Positions 28,132 to 43,100 of a DNA stretch of 64,000 nt are shown piece after piece (within the stretch, counting starts at the first letter, position 1; every line of letters starts with the position of its first letter). Both the position numbers and the translations under genes were made by a program. Source of the DNA: Yuukianura sp. NJ FZ-2021. Its lineage: Eukaryota. The notes under the pieces are model-generated. The model was given only the letters and a program-made list of their open reading frames with translations, made no database searches and was not told the origin of the DNA. Where the stretch lies: contig CM102285.1 of NCBI GenBank assembly GCA_046563655.1, positions 10,540,001-10,604,000 on the forward strand, given 5' to 3'.

Positions 28132-31100
28132 TGATGACAAAACTGCCTGGATCATGTCACTGTCACAGTTACTCTGAAAGAAAAGGACCCACCAAGGGAC
28201 ACCTAGACTAGAGCAGAGGGAGTAACTATGCTAAGGGTCCCTTTGTTATTTTTAGGACGGATCACATTTCATCGTCTGATTTTCTAGAAACCAAATCTAA
28301 GAAATCGTAAAAGGATTAACTTACCTTGGTGACGATGATAAATTGAGTGGTGATGAGTTGGCAAAGGCTTAAATCAATCGGTATCAGTCCCTTTAAGGCA
28401 CCACAAAGGCATTCGATTTCCAAAGTCAATCTTATCACCTTCGACTAATGTTTAACCTTAGCTGCTTTAAGGTTAGTTGGAAAACTAATCTAATTGTTTT
28501 GTTTCGATTAATGGCACAAAGTGTTGAATACTTTCTCTGAGAGAGAAGACAGGCGAAAAGATGAGCAGAGAGATAATGTCCTTTCTCTGAAGCGTTTTCA
28601 CCAACAAATTCAAATTTCACGCCTTAGCCTTCATACTTAAAAGTTCACACCTTCCAGCTAGGCGTCCTTCAGCAGTCAAGTGCCTCTTCGTAAGGGTAGG
28701 TTCAGCCTAACCTTTGTTACAGTTTTTGGAACAATAATGATTTTTTCACAAGAAAATGAATAGAAACTCAAAGTTGTAATTTTCACACCTAAGGTGAAAA
28801 CAGTTTTACTTCTCTGGAGATTCAAAAACTAAAACTGGACAAGGGACTTAAGGGTCCCTACGAGTGTACAGGCTTAGACGCAACAAAGTCTCTCTGTCAA
28901 AGTCCCAGTCGGAAATGAAATGAAAGGTAAGTTAAGAATTAATGTACAGGTACAATTCCTAACTTTTCCTTTGCCTCTTGTCATATACTTTTAAAGATGA
29001 GGAACCACATCTTTTCCACCACCAAAAAACAACCCCATAGCCTTACACTCTTGTGGCCCTTTCCATTTCAACCCCCTCTAACTTCCATCATCCCCTTGGC
29101 TTGGCAAGGCAGAAGATCCAAACAAAAGTCCCTCCCTTATCCCTACTCTTCAGTCCCTGTCGTAACGTACGCTAAAGTGATCTTCACAAATTAAAGGTGC
29201 CTTTTTGCATAATTTGCTAAACGGTTTGGCATGAGCAGAATACACTTGCAAAAAAGAATCTAAACTCATCTTCAATGCAAAAAAAAAACTTACCTTGTTC
29301 TTTTTCTTAATCCAGAGCAGATGGGGATGACAGCAAACGTTTTTTGAGGTTGAAGTAAACTTTAACGTAGAGAACAAACATTGATTCGACACTAATTGAA
29401 TTTGAGTCCAACTGACAAGTTTTCCCCTGAATTTATTCAATCCCAAAACGAGTTAAACTGTCTCAAAATCAATCTTCACTTGAAAAACAAGAACTGGAAC
29501 AACAAGGTCACAGTTGATATGACTGTCGTCTTTTAAATGAAAAAGAGGCAATGGACAGCCGAGGACAAATTGTGTTCTACTGTTTCTTAATTAACAATTA
29601 AGGTACGCAGCAAATGTAATATTCAATATCCTGTTTCATACTATCTGGACCGATACTTTTCGATAAAACGAACTTCAAATTATCCAACTTTCATCTCAAT
29701 TCTTACATTATAAGATTTCTCCGGTAAGTAACTCATGGTCGGGTAGACATGTTGATACTTGTTATGTATTGAGCGCTGTTCCTTAATTATAATTTACTAC
29801 CTCGATTGAACTAAATGTTGAAAAGTGTGTCATGCATTTTAGACTTACCAACAAGAACAGTGTCCTAAACTATCGTTTTTAAAATTTTAGGAGCGTACAT
29901 TGCAAATTAGAAGAACTAAAGGGTGGGAAAGTTATGCTTTTAGATCACATCAGAATTTTATGAGCAAGGAGAAGCGTTGATTGGAATTTCCCTGGAAGTA
30001 TTTCCTCAACAAAAAATTCTTCGTTGACAGTTATCAGATTTTATGAAGAAGATGAAGAAGATTAAGGAGGAGCTGTTTTCTACTCTAGATTGAAATTGGA
30101 CTTGTCCAGAATTTGGTTGAAGTAGGAATGGAACTGTCACTTGTATTTAACCGGTTTAATCCTAATCTGCTTGTGACTGATACAGTTTGTTGCTTAGCCT
30201 TAAAAAATTCATCCGTATTTTTTCCATTTGGTTAGGATGGCATTAGATATTTGTTGTCTCCAGTCTGCAGGAACTATGATATCAAAGATTTGTATACAAT
30301 TTTTTTTGGATCAATTTGTCACCGTGTATACACCAAGGAATCCTAGCGCCATTTCAACCCGAAAACGCACATGTCTGCTTGACATCTGTGGCAGAAAACC
30401 TGTGGTCTCCCTAATGAAATGGAATGCTGAACACTTTTGTTGTTCCAGTTTGAATGAAATGATGTTGGGCAGCGATGCTGAAGCTTCCAGGACATTTTTA
30501 TGACGCGACTTTCACCCAAAGGCACTCTGGGCGACATTTGGTTCAGTCCAGGCTCAAGGGCCGTTTTGAATTTCCTCCAACCACAGAAACAACTCCGTTA
30601 GGTTTTTAATTACGCCACAAGAGGTTTAAGAGATCAAAATCTGAATTTTTTAAAACAAAAAAGTTCTTTTGACCAATCTAATTCTCATCGTTTACTTAAC
30701 TTCTTCATTATTTCATGCTCATTGACCTACGTATTACTGAAAGCAGTATCTTTTTAAATTCTAACTGAAGTCTAATAGCCTAGATGCAGGGTACTTTCAA
30801 TTAAACTATGCTCAAACTCTTCGAAAAGTCCAAAAGTCCTGGGAGGTTTAGTTAAAATTTCTGGTTTCTGCTTAAATTTTATTACGAGACTTGATTTTCT
30901 TTTTGGTTTTCGTGTTTGTTGACGTGGCGGGTGTGCTACACCCAAATCCTTATTAAAACACAGCCCAATTTTGCTGAAAGAAAATTTATTTTGCCTTCTT
31001 TTTGGAATTTTGTTTTAGTTTTTCTATTCCTCGTAAAGAATTCCCTTGTGAAACAATAAAAGTGAATCGAAATTGAGAAAACCGTCCACCCCCGTTCCAA

Positions 31101-34100
31101 GTGCATTTCAAACTTTATAATTAAACACGCCCGACATTTACGACTCTCGAAGTTCTACAAAAGGACAAATAGGCACAGCTTGACTTGGATTTGTTTTCTT
31201 TACTTTTCGCTACACAAACCCCAATTATAAAATTTCAATTTTCAGAATCCAATTTTTTTTCTTCAAACAGGAATTTCCAGTCGAATAATTTACAAAATCC
31301 TGGAATTTACAGCAAAATTCAAATTCGAAAGAAAAACAAGAGTAATAACTTTCTCTTCTTTTAAATTTTGTCTAAAAAGTACAGAAATCCCGACAATGTT
31401 TTAGCGTTTGATTGTTTAGCTCCTTTTCTGACTTAAAAACAACTCAGACGTCAAGTACTTCGTGTTTCAAAATTTTGAAAAGTTGTTGTACCTAATAAAA
31501 CATAATTTGAAAATTGTTAAAACAAAAGAAATGAAATGATCTCAATTCTGTTACTTTTTTAAATGGTTATTTCTCTGCAGGAAGCCACCGAAATTATGAA
31601 AAAGTGGAAGGCACATTTAAGGGGTTACCCCCAAGGGCTCCTTCATCATTCCAAAAATCTTAACTCCTGCCTTTTTTCTTTATCTACACCACTTTCCCAT
31701 TTTGATTGAACTTACACTTCTCTAACCTAAGTTAATTTCAACCCACGCTTAGCTTTACTTTTGATTACTTATACCGACACTCCACCCTTCTTGTTCTTCT
31801 GACCAACGACTTTTCAAAAAAACTGAAAATTCAAAAGTGACATGGACTAACCATGAGAGTGTCAGTTGTTTTGAGAATCTCTGGAGTCTGACACTTGTAA
31901 GTTTCGTAAAATAGACAATTTGAGGTAATAAGTTCGTGGGTACTTGGAAGGGACTTGGGTTCCTTGAGATGAGCCTTGGACGAGTCAAACTCCAGCAGTG
32001 AATTCAGTTAGAAGCCTCCCTGCCAAGTTATAATTGTAACAAAGGCAAGATTTCATTTCTTCAAAACAAATTGTAGCAGCAGGTCCTCTGGACTCGTTCT
32101 GGCCCTTCAAGTCTCTCTTCAAGGGACCTGGTCAGAATAAGAGTCAAGGGCTCTTGTCTATTACTTTTGAAGAAGAAAAAACACTCCAGCAGCTTCAGGT
32201 CAGGCCCTTTTCAATTTCAATTTACTGCTAACGACCAGGTCAAGAGGTCACAGGTCAAACTAACTTCATAGTCGAACAATTTTTCATGAAAAACTACCAT
32301 CGAATTGCTCTCAAATGCAAATAATAGTTAATTGAAGGACTTCTTCGTTCCGATGAGGTTTTAGTTCGATTTTGTCACTACTGCTAGTAGCCTGCTTTGT
32401 TTTGTTTCTAATTTCTTGTTTTTGAATATTCATTTCCAGTTTTTTAAGTTTTGAAAAACAAACGTAATAAATGACATAATTGTGCTCATCAAGGCTCAGG
32501 ATCATAAAGTGTAGAGATGAAACGGAATGGCATTCTTTTGTCATTAAATTTAAAATTAATGCCCACTTAAGTAGAAGGAGGGCTCACTCCGTTTTGTTAA
32601 CTACTGAGCATGACACTTTTCCGTTTGAAAGTGGTCTGAGATTCCAAATGAGGAATTGCCTAGCCCATGCCTTGATTTTTGGTGATGATTAGTTTTTATT
32701 ATTTACGTGCAAATCCACCTCCACAAAACAACTATTACAGTCCAAAGACAATTATTTAACATGCGGAAATTGAGCAATAATTTTTCCAGTTTGGAATTAT
32801 AAATTCATGACAGAAAGTTCTGATTTTTTTTTTATGAAAAACAGTTTTTCGAGCCCAGAGGGATTCGGTTGGATGTAATAAAGTAAACACATTATATTGC
32901 ACTTGTTTACTTTGAGAGAGTTAATGATGCTCCCAAGTGTCAATCTATTGTCTGAATCAGATGAAGTTCACCTCTGCATGCTAATTCTTTTGTTTTTCAA
33001 CTTTTTTTTTCAATTTCATCTGAACTTCATAGTTCAAACTGCAGAGAGGGCGATTAACGATAATCCAATACTAGCGAAATGCGTTTCGCCGAATTTTTTG
33101 AACCATTGAATTTGTTGAACTTTTTGCCAAAATTTTTGCCCATTCACTGTAAATTTTAAAAACCACGTAGCTGGAAAGTTCCAATGGCAAAAGTTACCTT
33201 TCTCGGTTTCATTGAGATTCATTTCAGATTCAGTTTCATTCAGATTGAGATTCATTTCATCTCTCTTATTTATTTTTTCGTGTTTTCTGAAAGTTCTCTC
33301 CGATAATTTTCGCCGAAATTGACGTCCGTCGCATGTACTAAAGATGTTCGAAGCTGTTCGTTTCTCACCTGAAAACAAAAGGAAGAAGATGGTTCGGACA
33401 GTCGTCAGTCAATGTTTGACCGAAGGCGAATTTCTGGCTGAGCAAAGGAAAACAACAAAGTGTTTTTGGTGACCATAAATTATAGCGTAGAAGAAGAATT
33501 TAACGTTGTTGCAATTATAAATTAATTATGACAACATTACGACGTTGACTGACGTTACGATGAAAGACTCGCTCTACATTTCACATTTTCCTCTTCCCTT
33601 TCAACGACTTTTTACAATCGAATTGTAAATTGTTCAATTTTCTAGAATGAGGAATTGGCAGAACTGTAAAAATTGTTGCAGCCTTTTGCATTTCCTTCAT
33701 TCACTTGACTTTTGTGCCTCAAAGCAGAACAAGATCAACTTTTGAGAGAAAGGATTTGCCAATTTACCGATCAATTATCACTTCATGTCATTATTTTACC
33801 AATTCTGTCTGTAGTGAATCAAAAAATTTAGCTTGTAACAAGAAAACATTTCCAAATTTTACAGAAAAGTGAGGAAAGAACAGTTTACCTTTTAATGAAT
33901 TTAGAAAGTTGAACCCCATTTCAATTTAATTTAAAACAATATTGAGGTTCTATTTCATTTTTAGTTTAAAACTTTTTGTCGTCAATTCTTCAAAATTTTG
34001 GTTTTATTTCTGGATTTTTTTTTACTCAGGAGTGGTTTTAACGTACCTTTCCCAGCTCATTCAATCTACATAAGATCTAAGTAAACAAAAGATAAAACAT

Positions 34101-37100
34101 TAAAAGCATCTCTCGTCCTTACCCCAAAGTTGTACCTCATTCTTACATCGGATCTCACTTCTGTGTTTGGACTTCTAGGTACAAAAGTTTGAAAAGTGTA
34201 GAAGTTGATTCAGTTGATTTGATGATATAGGGCTAAAATCGTGATTTCTGAGTTATTTATGTTCTTAGAAAAACCGAAGCTTACCTTTTAGAACACACAC
34301 CGTTTGTTTTCCTAAGAACCTCTTAATGCAACTTCTTCAAATCCAGATTTTTTGAAAGCAGAAGAAATTCATCTTTGCTGTACTCCTGCTCAGCACCTGC
34401 CTCACGCAATCTACTGACTCAATCAATTCAAAAAATGTTGGAAGCGAGTGCTCTCGAGAGACATGACACGATTCTCAGTTCCAGAAATTTCAAATTTTCT
34501 CAGTTTAGTTACGATCAAATTTTGAGAAGAGTTCTGTATGTATGTTACAAGAGAAATTATTTGAAACTTAGAAAATTACAGCAAAGGAGAGCATTTGAAA
34601 TTGGTTCAAACTAGAGCTGGTTCTAAAAATTGATCTTAAAAAATGAATGGGTGTTCTTTTTTTCTGGAAAACGAAAGGACGGGTCATGTTGTAGCCATAA
34701 AATAAAAGTTTACATGAAAAAAGTCTATTTTGTGTTGACGGGGAGAAGTGTTGAGAAAGCAATCTATGAATTATGAAAATGAAGAAACAACCTCCCATGG
34801 CGGAGGAAATGTTCCTTTGGGAGTTTTATGGATTTCGGAGTTAAGGGGAAGTTACACGGTTGTTTCCTTGTAAAACACCTTACAAGATGGCCGCTAGACG
34901 TAAGAAATTGAACCAGAGCAACACAAGGGACGCTTGGTATAAATTTCTGAAGTGAAGAGGAAGATGATCTTGCTGAACGACCTGAGCAGGAATTCCATTG
35001 GAATTGAATGAGGGGCGGACTAGAAGTGTTTCCTGGTAAAATACGCTTTTCTGCTGGAAAATGATGATGTTTTCTCATAATGTTAGAATTTGAAGAGACA
35101 GTGTTTACGATAATGGTAAGTGTTCCACTTTTCCAGAAATTTCTTCAAATGAAACGATTTTGACATTACCCAAAAATTTAAACAAAACTCGAGGAGCTGA
35201 GAATTTTAGTTTTGCAGTGAAAGTTGGCAGTTTTTGGTAAATGCTTTCACGGCGTCTAACAAAATGATCACACCGAGCTGTCTAATTAAGATGTTTCCAA
35301 AGTTTTCGGGAATATATGCAGCGTGGCAGCGTGGGTGATGTTTGCAAAGTTTGAGTGATTCAATTCTCTTTTCATGAGGGAGAAATAAACATTAAGCAAT
35401 TGAAAAGATTTTTAGCACTGCAGAATGTTTTTTCTACACGAAAGCGATTTCGGATGGGTAAAAATTTTGAAAATTTGAAACACCCGTTTTGCCCTAAAAA
35501 TCGTCAAACTTCCGAGAAATTCTTTGGAGATCTTAAAGGTTTTGAAGTCGGCAAGTGGTTGCGTAAGTTAAGTTCACACTACATTTAGAATTAGAAAGCC
35601 CATTACGTAGGAGAGGTCGAGTACAGTTTCATTTTGAAAAGAAGAACCGACGCAGCCTCCCTGGTCCATGATCCCTTTGTCAACACCTTTTCCAACCTCC
35701 TCCCCCGCATTTTTTCAATCTTTCTCCAAAAAAGAAGTGCGAAGATGAAAAGTGGAGACCACTCTTTCACAAAGAAGCTAAAAAAATAAAGGTACGCCCT
35801 CCCAAGAGCAGACCAATTCCAAAAATCTGAGAACATCAAGTGTCAATGTCAATAGAACATTTTTGAGTCCCTTAAGGGCTGAGTTGAACTTGACATGAAG
35901 GGACCCTTTGACTTTTGGTTGTCCTCCAGTTATAACAGTGGTCGTAGTATTCTGTTGAAAACCCAAAGTCTAAACTTGAGTGATGGATCCCTGCCCTTCC
36001 TTTAGGTATCTTCAATTGTTACCCCATTGTCCTTAACATTGTTGTCTTTTGCCCATGGCCTATAATACCTTTATCTGGACAAGAATCATGCTCTGAGAAG
36101 TGTAATGATTGAAGGAGAGCAAACAGAACAAAAAGTGAGGTCCAGGACGAAGATGACTTGGGAAGATCTTCCTTTGAGTACTTCGGGCTGGGCAGCCGCC
36201 GTCGTGCCGTTGGGAGCGTTCGCGCAGAGTCTTCACTTTGTTAGGGTATTTGCGTTGGAGGCGTCTGTCCAAGGCCTCTTTTTATATTTCAGAACAAATA
36301 GAACTTGAAAGTCACTTAGGTCATGTGTAGAACCATCCCAATTTTTACTCCTTTCCTCAAGAAAATTCCACAAGATCGGTGCTAAATCAAAAAACAAACA
36401 ATAACCTCGCCCAAACAAATGGAATTGAAGGTATTTTCTAAAGAAGGCACTCGAAAGTTGTGTTTTTTCTCTTCCGTGCTGTCCAAAGACTTCGAAAACT
36501 GAGAAAAATTTTGAAAACCGAAAATCAATCCAGCCGCAGTTTCGAATTTCATCCTTACCTGTCTCGTTGGTTCTGTTTTCATTCACTACGGCTTTCACCG
36601 AAAACATTTTTAGGAAAATTTTGTCTGAAATATTTCCAGAATTTTTTTTCTGAAATTTTTTTGTTGTTTAAAAAACGGAAATCTTTTCCTGACTCTCCTG
36701 CCTTTCCTGCAAAAATTGTTTTCTAAAGGAAGAGAAAGACTATGTGTGACTAAAGTGATTGCTTAAGGAAAGGAAGTAGAGTTCAAGCACCTTCCGTTTT
36801 AGGCGCGAAAAATGCAAAGAAAATGGCGACTTGAAAGTTTCTAAAACACTTTGAAAGTTCCTGTTGTTCCAAATAGGAACCTTAAATATTGAATCATTCA
36901 AAGACTATTTTCGTACCATTGCATCCCACCTAAACATAAGGATGTCAAAAAATGTTTTAGTAGTTTTGAGACGTTCTAGAACGATGTTGCTAAATGGGTT
37001 CTCATTGGTTGAGTAAACAATGAGTTCCTCTAATGAGCTAATACTACGAAGCACTTACGATACATTAAGACACTTTACTCTTTAAATAAACCACCACATT

Positions 37101-40100
37101 TGGAAACCTTAAGGTTATGAAGTATTGAAGTTTGAAGATGCTCATGGGGCAGTGATTTGGGATTTACGTTGTTCTAGAACTCGTCGACAACTTTCAAAAA
37201 CTAATCCATCCCATCCGCAGTAATTAATTCCTAAGAGGTTTTTCTTTGGGCTGTGACTGTAAAGCCGAACTTTTAGACTTGTTTAGACCTATGGTCTCTG
37301 ATGACGACGACTAAGACGGTGGTTCATTACAATGGAAAGTTTTAAAGTGATGTAAAAACGTAGAGATGAAGAAGTGGGTGCGGCCGTCTGCTTTTCATAG
37401 GATTCGTGTTGAGCTGAAACGAATTTGAATTACTGTGAACTCCTTCCTGCGTAGAAACATTTTACGAGATTTTACACGTTCGGGATTTTGGAAACCGAAG
37501 ATCCGATTTCAACAAAGGGGCCCTTGAACCCTTCGTTTCTTTTTTAAAAACGAAGAGATTTTAAGGAAGATCCAATAATTGAACTAGATTAGCCATATTT
37601 ATGTTCCTTGACAAATTGAATGTGAATGGAGGGGCTTAAATACTTTATAAATGCGATCTCATTCACATCTGCAATGTAATTCAATGGTGATCTTGCACTA
37701 AATAGGGTACACTCCATGACCTCTCGACCTTTTTGAGGTTTGAGAACTTATTGAATTTTGATAGTCAATGGGCCAAGGGCTGGTGATCCTGAATTTCCTA
37801 AATCCGAACAGGAGCCATTATTATGAAATTTGGCACAGTTCGTTAGGAAGATGAGGGGGAAGATTCAAAAGGCACTGGAAATGGCATGAATGCTATCCTA
37901 GGTTAGGTTGGGTTGCTTTTATGGAGTGTGAACGAGATTTCATCGTTTTGTAAGAGGATAGTTCTTGAAAAGAGAGTTTGATGGGATATTGAATAGGAAT
38001 AAGAGGAGCATCCCTTTGTCCTGGACAAGGTAAAAGATCCAGAAACGGGACAAGCTGCATCCTAGTCTGAAATTATTGCTGACATCTTCAAGGGCTCTTC
38101 AAATGCTGCGTCGATCGTTGGAAATGTTGAATTTTCAACCCTGACCCTTATAATAAGTTTGTTTTAAAAATTTAAAACAATCAAGTTGCTTTTCTCCACT
38201 AAAGCTTTAGCCCAGTTGAACATCTCAAACTATAATCTGTAAAGACCGAAATTTTTACTTTTAAAAAAAAAAGGAAAACAGTCCGGTTTTTTTAAGCAAA
38301 ATTCAAAGATGCAAGACAAAATAAAAGTCCAAGATGTGGGAAGGAAACTCATACATTTTTTTCAAAAACTTTCACCAAGAGAAAAGTTTATGGGAAGAAA
38401 AATTCGGATAATTTTCAAAAAAAGAAAACAAAAAAAAAGAAAACTTTCCCCATGCTCTCCATTTTTTAACGAAAAAGTGCTTTTTGGTGTTGAAAAAAAA
38501 ATTGTTTCACCCACATCTCCCCATATTTAAAAAAAAAACAGCAGTTCACCTATGCAATTCGAAACAAAAATTCTGAAATGGCGAAGTACCCCTGTTACCA
38601 AATGTTGTTGACATGATCCATTTCAGTCTCTCGGAGCCCTTGAACCCTTGGAAATGCTCCCTTTTCTTGCTCCAGAATGAAAGCAATCATTGTTCAGAAA
38701 GACGTCCATTGTTGATCCCGTTTCCATTGTAAGTCAACGGACACGCGTTGAGCACCTTTGAACTTTTGTGGTTTCAGCAACATCAGAAGAAAAAAAGTAG
38801 AGAAGCGTGGAGGTAGCAAATTGCAGTCACCCGGAAGCTTAAGTTTTCCTTAATTTGACTTCCTACTGGCGCAGAACGCACTTTCTGCTACGAATTTTAA
38901 TTTTTCTTCTTCTTGTCAAGCTAGCACACAAAGAACTTGCTTTTAAAAACTTCTTTCCAACGCAGCAGCTCAAGTCACTCGAAGGAATCTTCCTTGACAC
39001 GGAACACCCAGTTATTTTTCCAAGGGAGAAATTAGCAGACCGCAAGACCACTCTCTGAGACCTTGAGGTCATTTCATCTGGATCTGATTCAAAGTGAAGG
39101 TGACATCAGCCCAAGGGACCTAAAATCTAATAACAAGGTGCTCCTCTGACACTAATTTATGGAAAGAGACTAGTTTCTCCGCCTCATTTCATATGCCAAC
39201 AACTTCAAGAATTCATCCTCCTGGAAATGTCAAGTCAATTTGACCTTCGAACCGTAAAATCTTTTGTACTCAATGACCTGGCACAGATTAAATGTACAGC
39301 AAAAGTTGAATTATAGTGCACAGAATCAACTTTTTTAAATTTTTGAATTGCAAAGCTTAAGATGGAAATCAGAAAGTGAAAATACCGACGCTGGGTGGTA
39401 TATCCTGAGACTTGAAATTTTGTAACTCAAAGTGTGAGACAAGAAAACCTGAATAGAAAATCTCGAGGTGGGCCAATTACTCAAAGTATTAAATAGTAAC
39501 TTGACGGATTGAACGTTCCGAAAAATGCTAAATGTGAGTCAAAGTCAAGCCAAAGCTATGTTCAGAGCGTCAGAAAAAAAAAAGTTCTGCCAAACTTCGT
39601 GGTGTAGTAACATGAAGGGCAGCAGATGAACGATGAATGGTTTGGTTGATCGGTCACGGACTAAACGTATCCAAAGACGTAGGGAATCAAATGTCAAAGT
39701 CAAATTGCTGGTAAGGCACTTGGCTGGGCTATTAGGCTCATCTGTCAGCTTCAAACTCCGATCCAAGTGCATATTAACGCTCACGAATTAGAAATTGAAA
39801 GGAGGAATTTAAACTTGTTTCGTAAGGAGAAGGGTTAAGGGATTTTAGGGTCAATGATTCGACTTGGATCGTCTTGGATGAAGGTTCCATGTGCATTTTC
39901 AGTTCTAAAAAAATGTATTTTTCTAAATACAATTAGGTAATAGTATGTGATGCCACAAGGAGATGCGTTTAGTCCCTTAACCTTTCTCTTGGGAAGTGAT
40001 GGATGGACTTGTGGTTTCGTTTGAATTGAAATGATAGATGATCCATATGGAAGTTACTGAGGCAAATGGAGATTTTGTATACTTTCTCCCTTGTGGATCA

Positions 40101-43100
40101 TACACCTTCCTTCCACGAGTCAATAATGGAAAGATGGAATCGAGAGGAGGGTAATCTGATTTGAATTAGAAATGCATGATAAAAAGTGAAAATCATTTAT
40201 CACTCACCTGCCAAGTTCAACAACTTTCAGCATATCAAAAATCTAAACTAGAATTTAATACAAATAAAATGTAGAGTTTATTTTTAAGTTTATGCATTAG
40301 ATTGATAACAAAGATTTTCTGAAATTTCAATTCCGCCATGTAAGGCTTTTCAACAAAAAAATTTCGAAGTTGAGGAATGGCCCAACTTTCACTTTTGAGT
40401 GAAAGTATTGAAAAAAAAACGTTCACACAGCAATCGTTTCTTACGAAAAGGAAAAAAAAAACTCACAAGAAACGAAGGCAATGACGCTGCTTTTATGAAA
40501 TGCTGGATATCGATTGTACCGGTTTGCGATATCGGTTTGGCCAAATGAAACCCGGCGGCATTCGGTTTTGGCCTTGTGTGTAAAAATTCTCGAATTTGCA
40601 ATTCGGATGCATGTTGACGCTTCTGTGAAAACTGAGTTTTTCAATTCAACTGAACCCCCTCCATTCATCTCTGTGTGATCGATCATTGACTTTAAACTTT
40701 TTAGTTGGATAGAGATTTGAATCGAAACTCAAATTTTTTCTGGACAAAGTCGCTAATGCGTGATCTATCTTCAAAGGGTTACAAAACAAGGAACGGATTT
40801 CATTCAGGGTCAACTGACACAATAGCAGTGTTTAGCATGGGATTGGCAGGAAATACTACTAGAAGCATTGGTTCCCATAAATTAGTCAAGTTAAAAATCA
40901 GTTGGCGTGAAGTACGCCGTTTCCTTTTTGGGAAAAGAGAAAGGGTTTGAAAACTTTAAAAAAAAAGTTTTTGGAAAACCATTTTTAAAAAAGTAACGGA
41001 AAACAAGGAAGGAATTTTGAAAGAGCGGAGAGCGTCTTTTTTGACAAATCCAGATTTGCCGTGATGATAGATTACTTTTCCAAGAATGGATGATCTGATG
41101 CCACGCTCTTCACGGAGTCTCCTCCGTAGTATGTTGAGGCACGATGAGGACTTAAGGGGGGAGACCCTTGGTTCTATTATTTTGGTCCTTCGAAGATTCC
41201 TTGTGACTGCATAAGGCTTTCAGGAACTAAAAACACATAAATCTCCAAGTTGTCGTCTACCGCCCAAAAGAAAAAGGAACCGAGACTTGCCCCGTTCAAA
41301 ATGGAGAAAGATTGCTCCAAAATCCCATATTCGAATCTTAACCAATTCCATTGTGTTGTCCGTGCGAGTCAAATCAAAGGTTCCCCCTGTTCAACTCTGA
41401 CCTCAAAAAGTAAAAAAAAATGTTTTCAAAAAATTTTGGAACTAAAAAGTTCCGCCGACAGAATTTTCTTTACATGAGAGCATCCTACTGTTAAGCGATG
41501 AGACATATTTTCTAACTATAGCTTCCCATGTTCCTATCACTTGATGATGACAATGATGACAGCAAGGAAGGAGAGGCCTTAAAGGGCCCTCTTATAAATT
41601 ACGTCTTCCGAAGACATCTTGACACTTGCCTTGATAAGGTCAGGAAGTCTCTTATAGAAAGCACGAAATTTTTACAAAGGATTCTGACATTGATTTACTG
41701 TTACTTTTTGAACTAAAACTCACCTCATGACCACAAGTCTCAAGAACCCACCTGAAATGAAATTTCTTTTGGCAGAATCCGCAACTGGTTCGAACTGTGT
41801 GACATTTACAGGTGACTGTTGGCCATTTATTAGCATAAATTAGAAGCGTGGTACGTTGCAGGAGGTGGATTTGAGTGAACAAAGCCGTCTTCTGGTTCTT
41901 CTAGATCTTTAGATCTTATCAGGCTGATCTGGTTGTTCTGGATTTTGCAGAAGAGTAATAAAAGTTCTTGGCTCGTATCCTGTTTGACGTTGGAATTGTG
42001 GCAGAAGGGTTATTGGGGAGAAAAAGTCAGACAAATAAAAAAATGTTTTGAATTTCTGCTTTAAAAAAAATTTGTGTCAAAGTGCGAGGAATTTGAAGCG
42101 ACTTTTCGTAAGTGTAAATTATGGAGAAATCTCTCCACAAGAACTTTAAACCAGAAGAGAGTCGTAAAATTTAATGAATGTTGAAAAAGTGGACAAATAA
42201 AATTATTAGCATTTTTCATTGTGGGGGAAAACACGTGGAGGCTAAGCTTATAAGATGTTACCACTTCCACTTTCAGTTCCTGCTCTTCATCGTTCTTGTC
42301 AAATGACTCGGTCGTTGACATTTTCGAATGTCAACAAAATGATTCGACCTGGCAATCATCCAGTGCAAATAAGCTGTTCTCATTAACAAAAAATTTCAAA
42401 AATTTCAAATCAATGCCAAACGGTTCTAATTAGATTCAAACCAGTTATGTAACTAAAACGTTGACATTTGGACAAAAAAATGTTTCAATTTTTTTAAAAC
42501 TTATCATTCAAGATTTACAGAGCAGGTTATATCAAGTACAACGAGACAGCATCTCTTCAATGTTAACTGGAACACACCTTTCTCAAATCAACGATACGGA
42601 AATTCCACACAAAAGTTCAAATGGCAATGGCATGGGATGAGAAATATTACTACAAAAAATGAATTAAATTCGGCTAAAGTACTAAAAAATGTTAAATATG
42701 AGGTGAAAATTTTCATTTTATCGTTGAGTTTGTACCAAAAAAATTTTTTGCGATTTTTTTTTGGCAAAATTTCCTTGAGAAACGCGAATACTAGGGTATG
42801 GCGGCAAGTCAAAGGGAAATGAGGTGTTGCAACCCACTTAGCGTAAGAGGCTTATCTCCGCTGCGACACCTCAACATCACACCCAAAGTGTCAAAGAATT
42901 TTGATTGGTTAAGTGATTTGATCACATGATTTTGGGTCAAACTGAAAGATACTGTAGTGGTTGTGGGACTAACCCTGACATAGTTGGGCATCGGACTTCA
43001 AGTATTGCATTCCTAAGTATTGCTCTTTTTGAATGTTTTACTAATCTTTTTCTTGTAAAATAATTGATTGCATTAATTAATTTAATTAATTATATACAAT

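Noticed and set aside
33034..33378. 114-aa ORF with a repeated EMNLNETE unit
   Set aside because: The repeat comes from a short local DNA duplication; TTG start inside a splice-acceptor tract; no homology recognised.
40389..40601. ORF containing PNAAGFHL, resembling knirps exon EPAAGFHF
   Set aside because: No flanking zinc-finger cysteines and no splice context; a five-residue match is best explained by chance.
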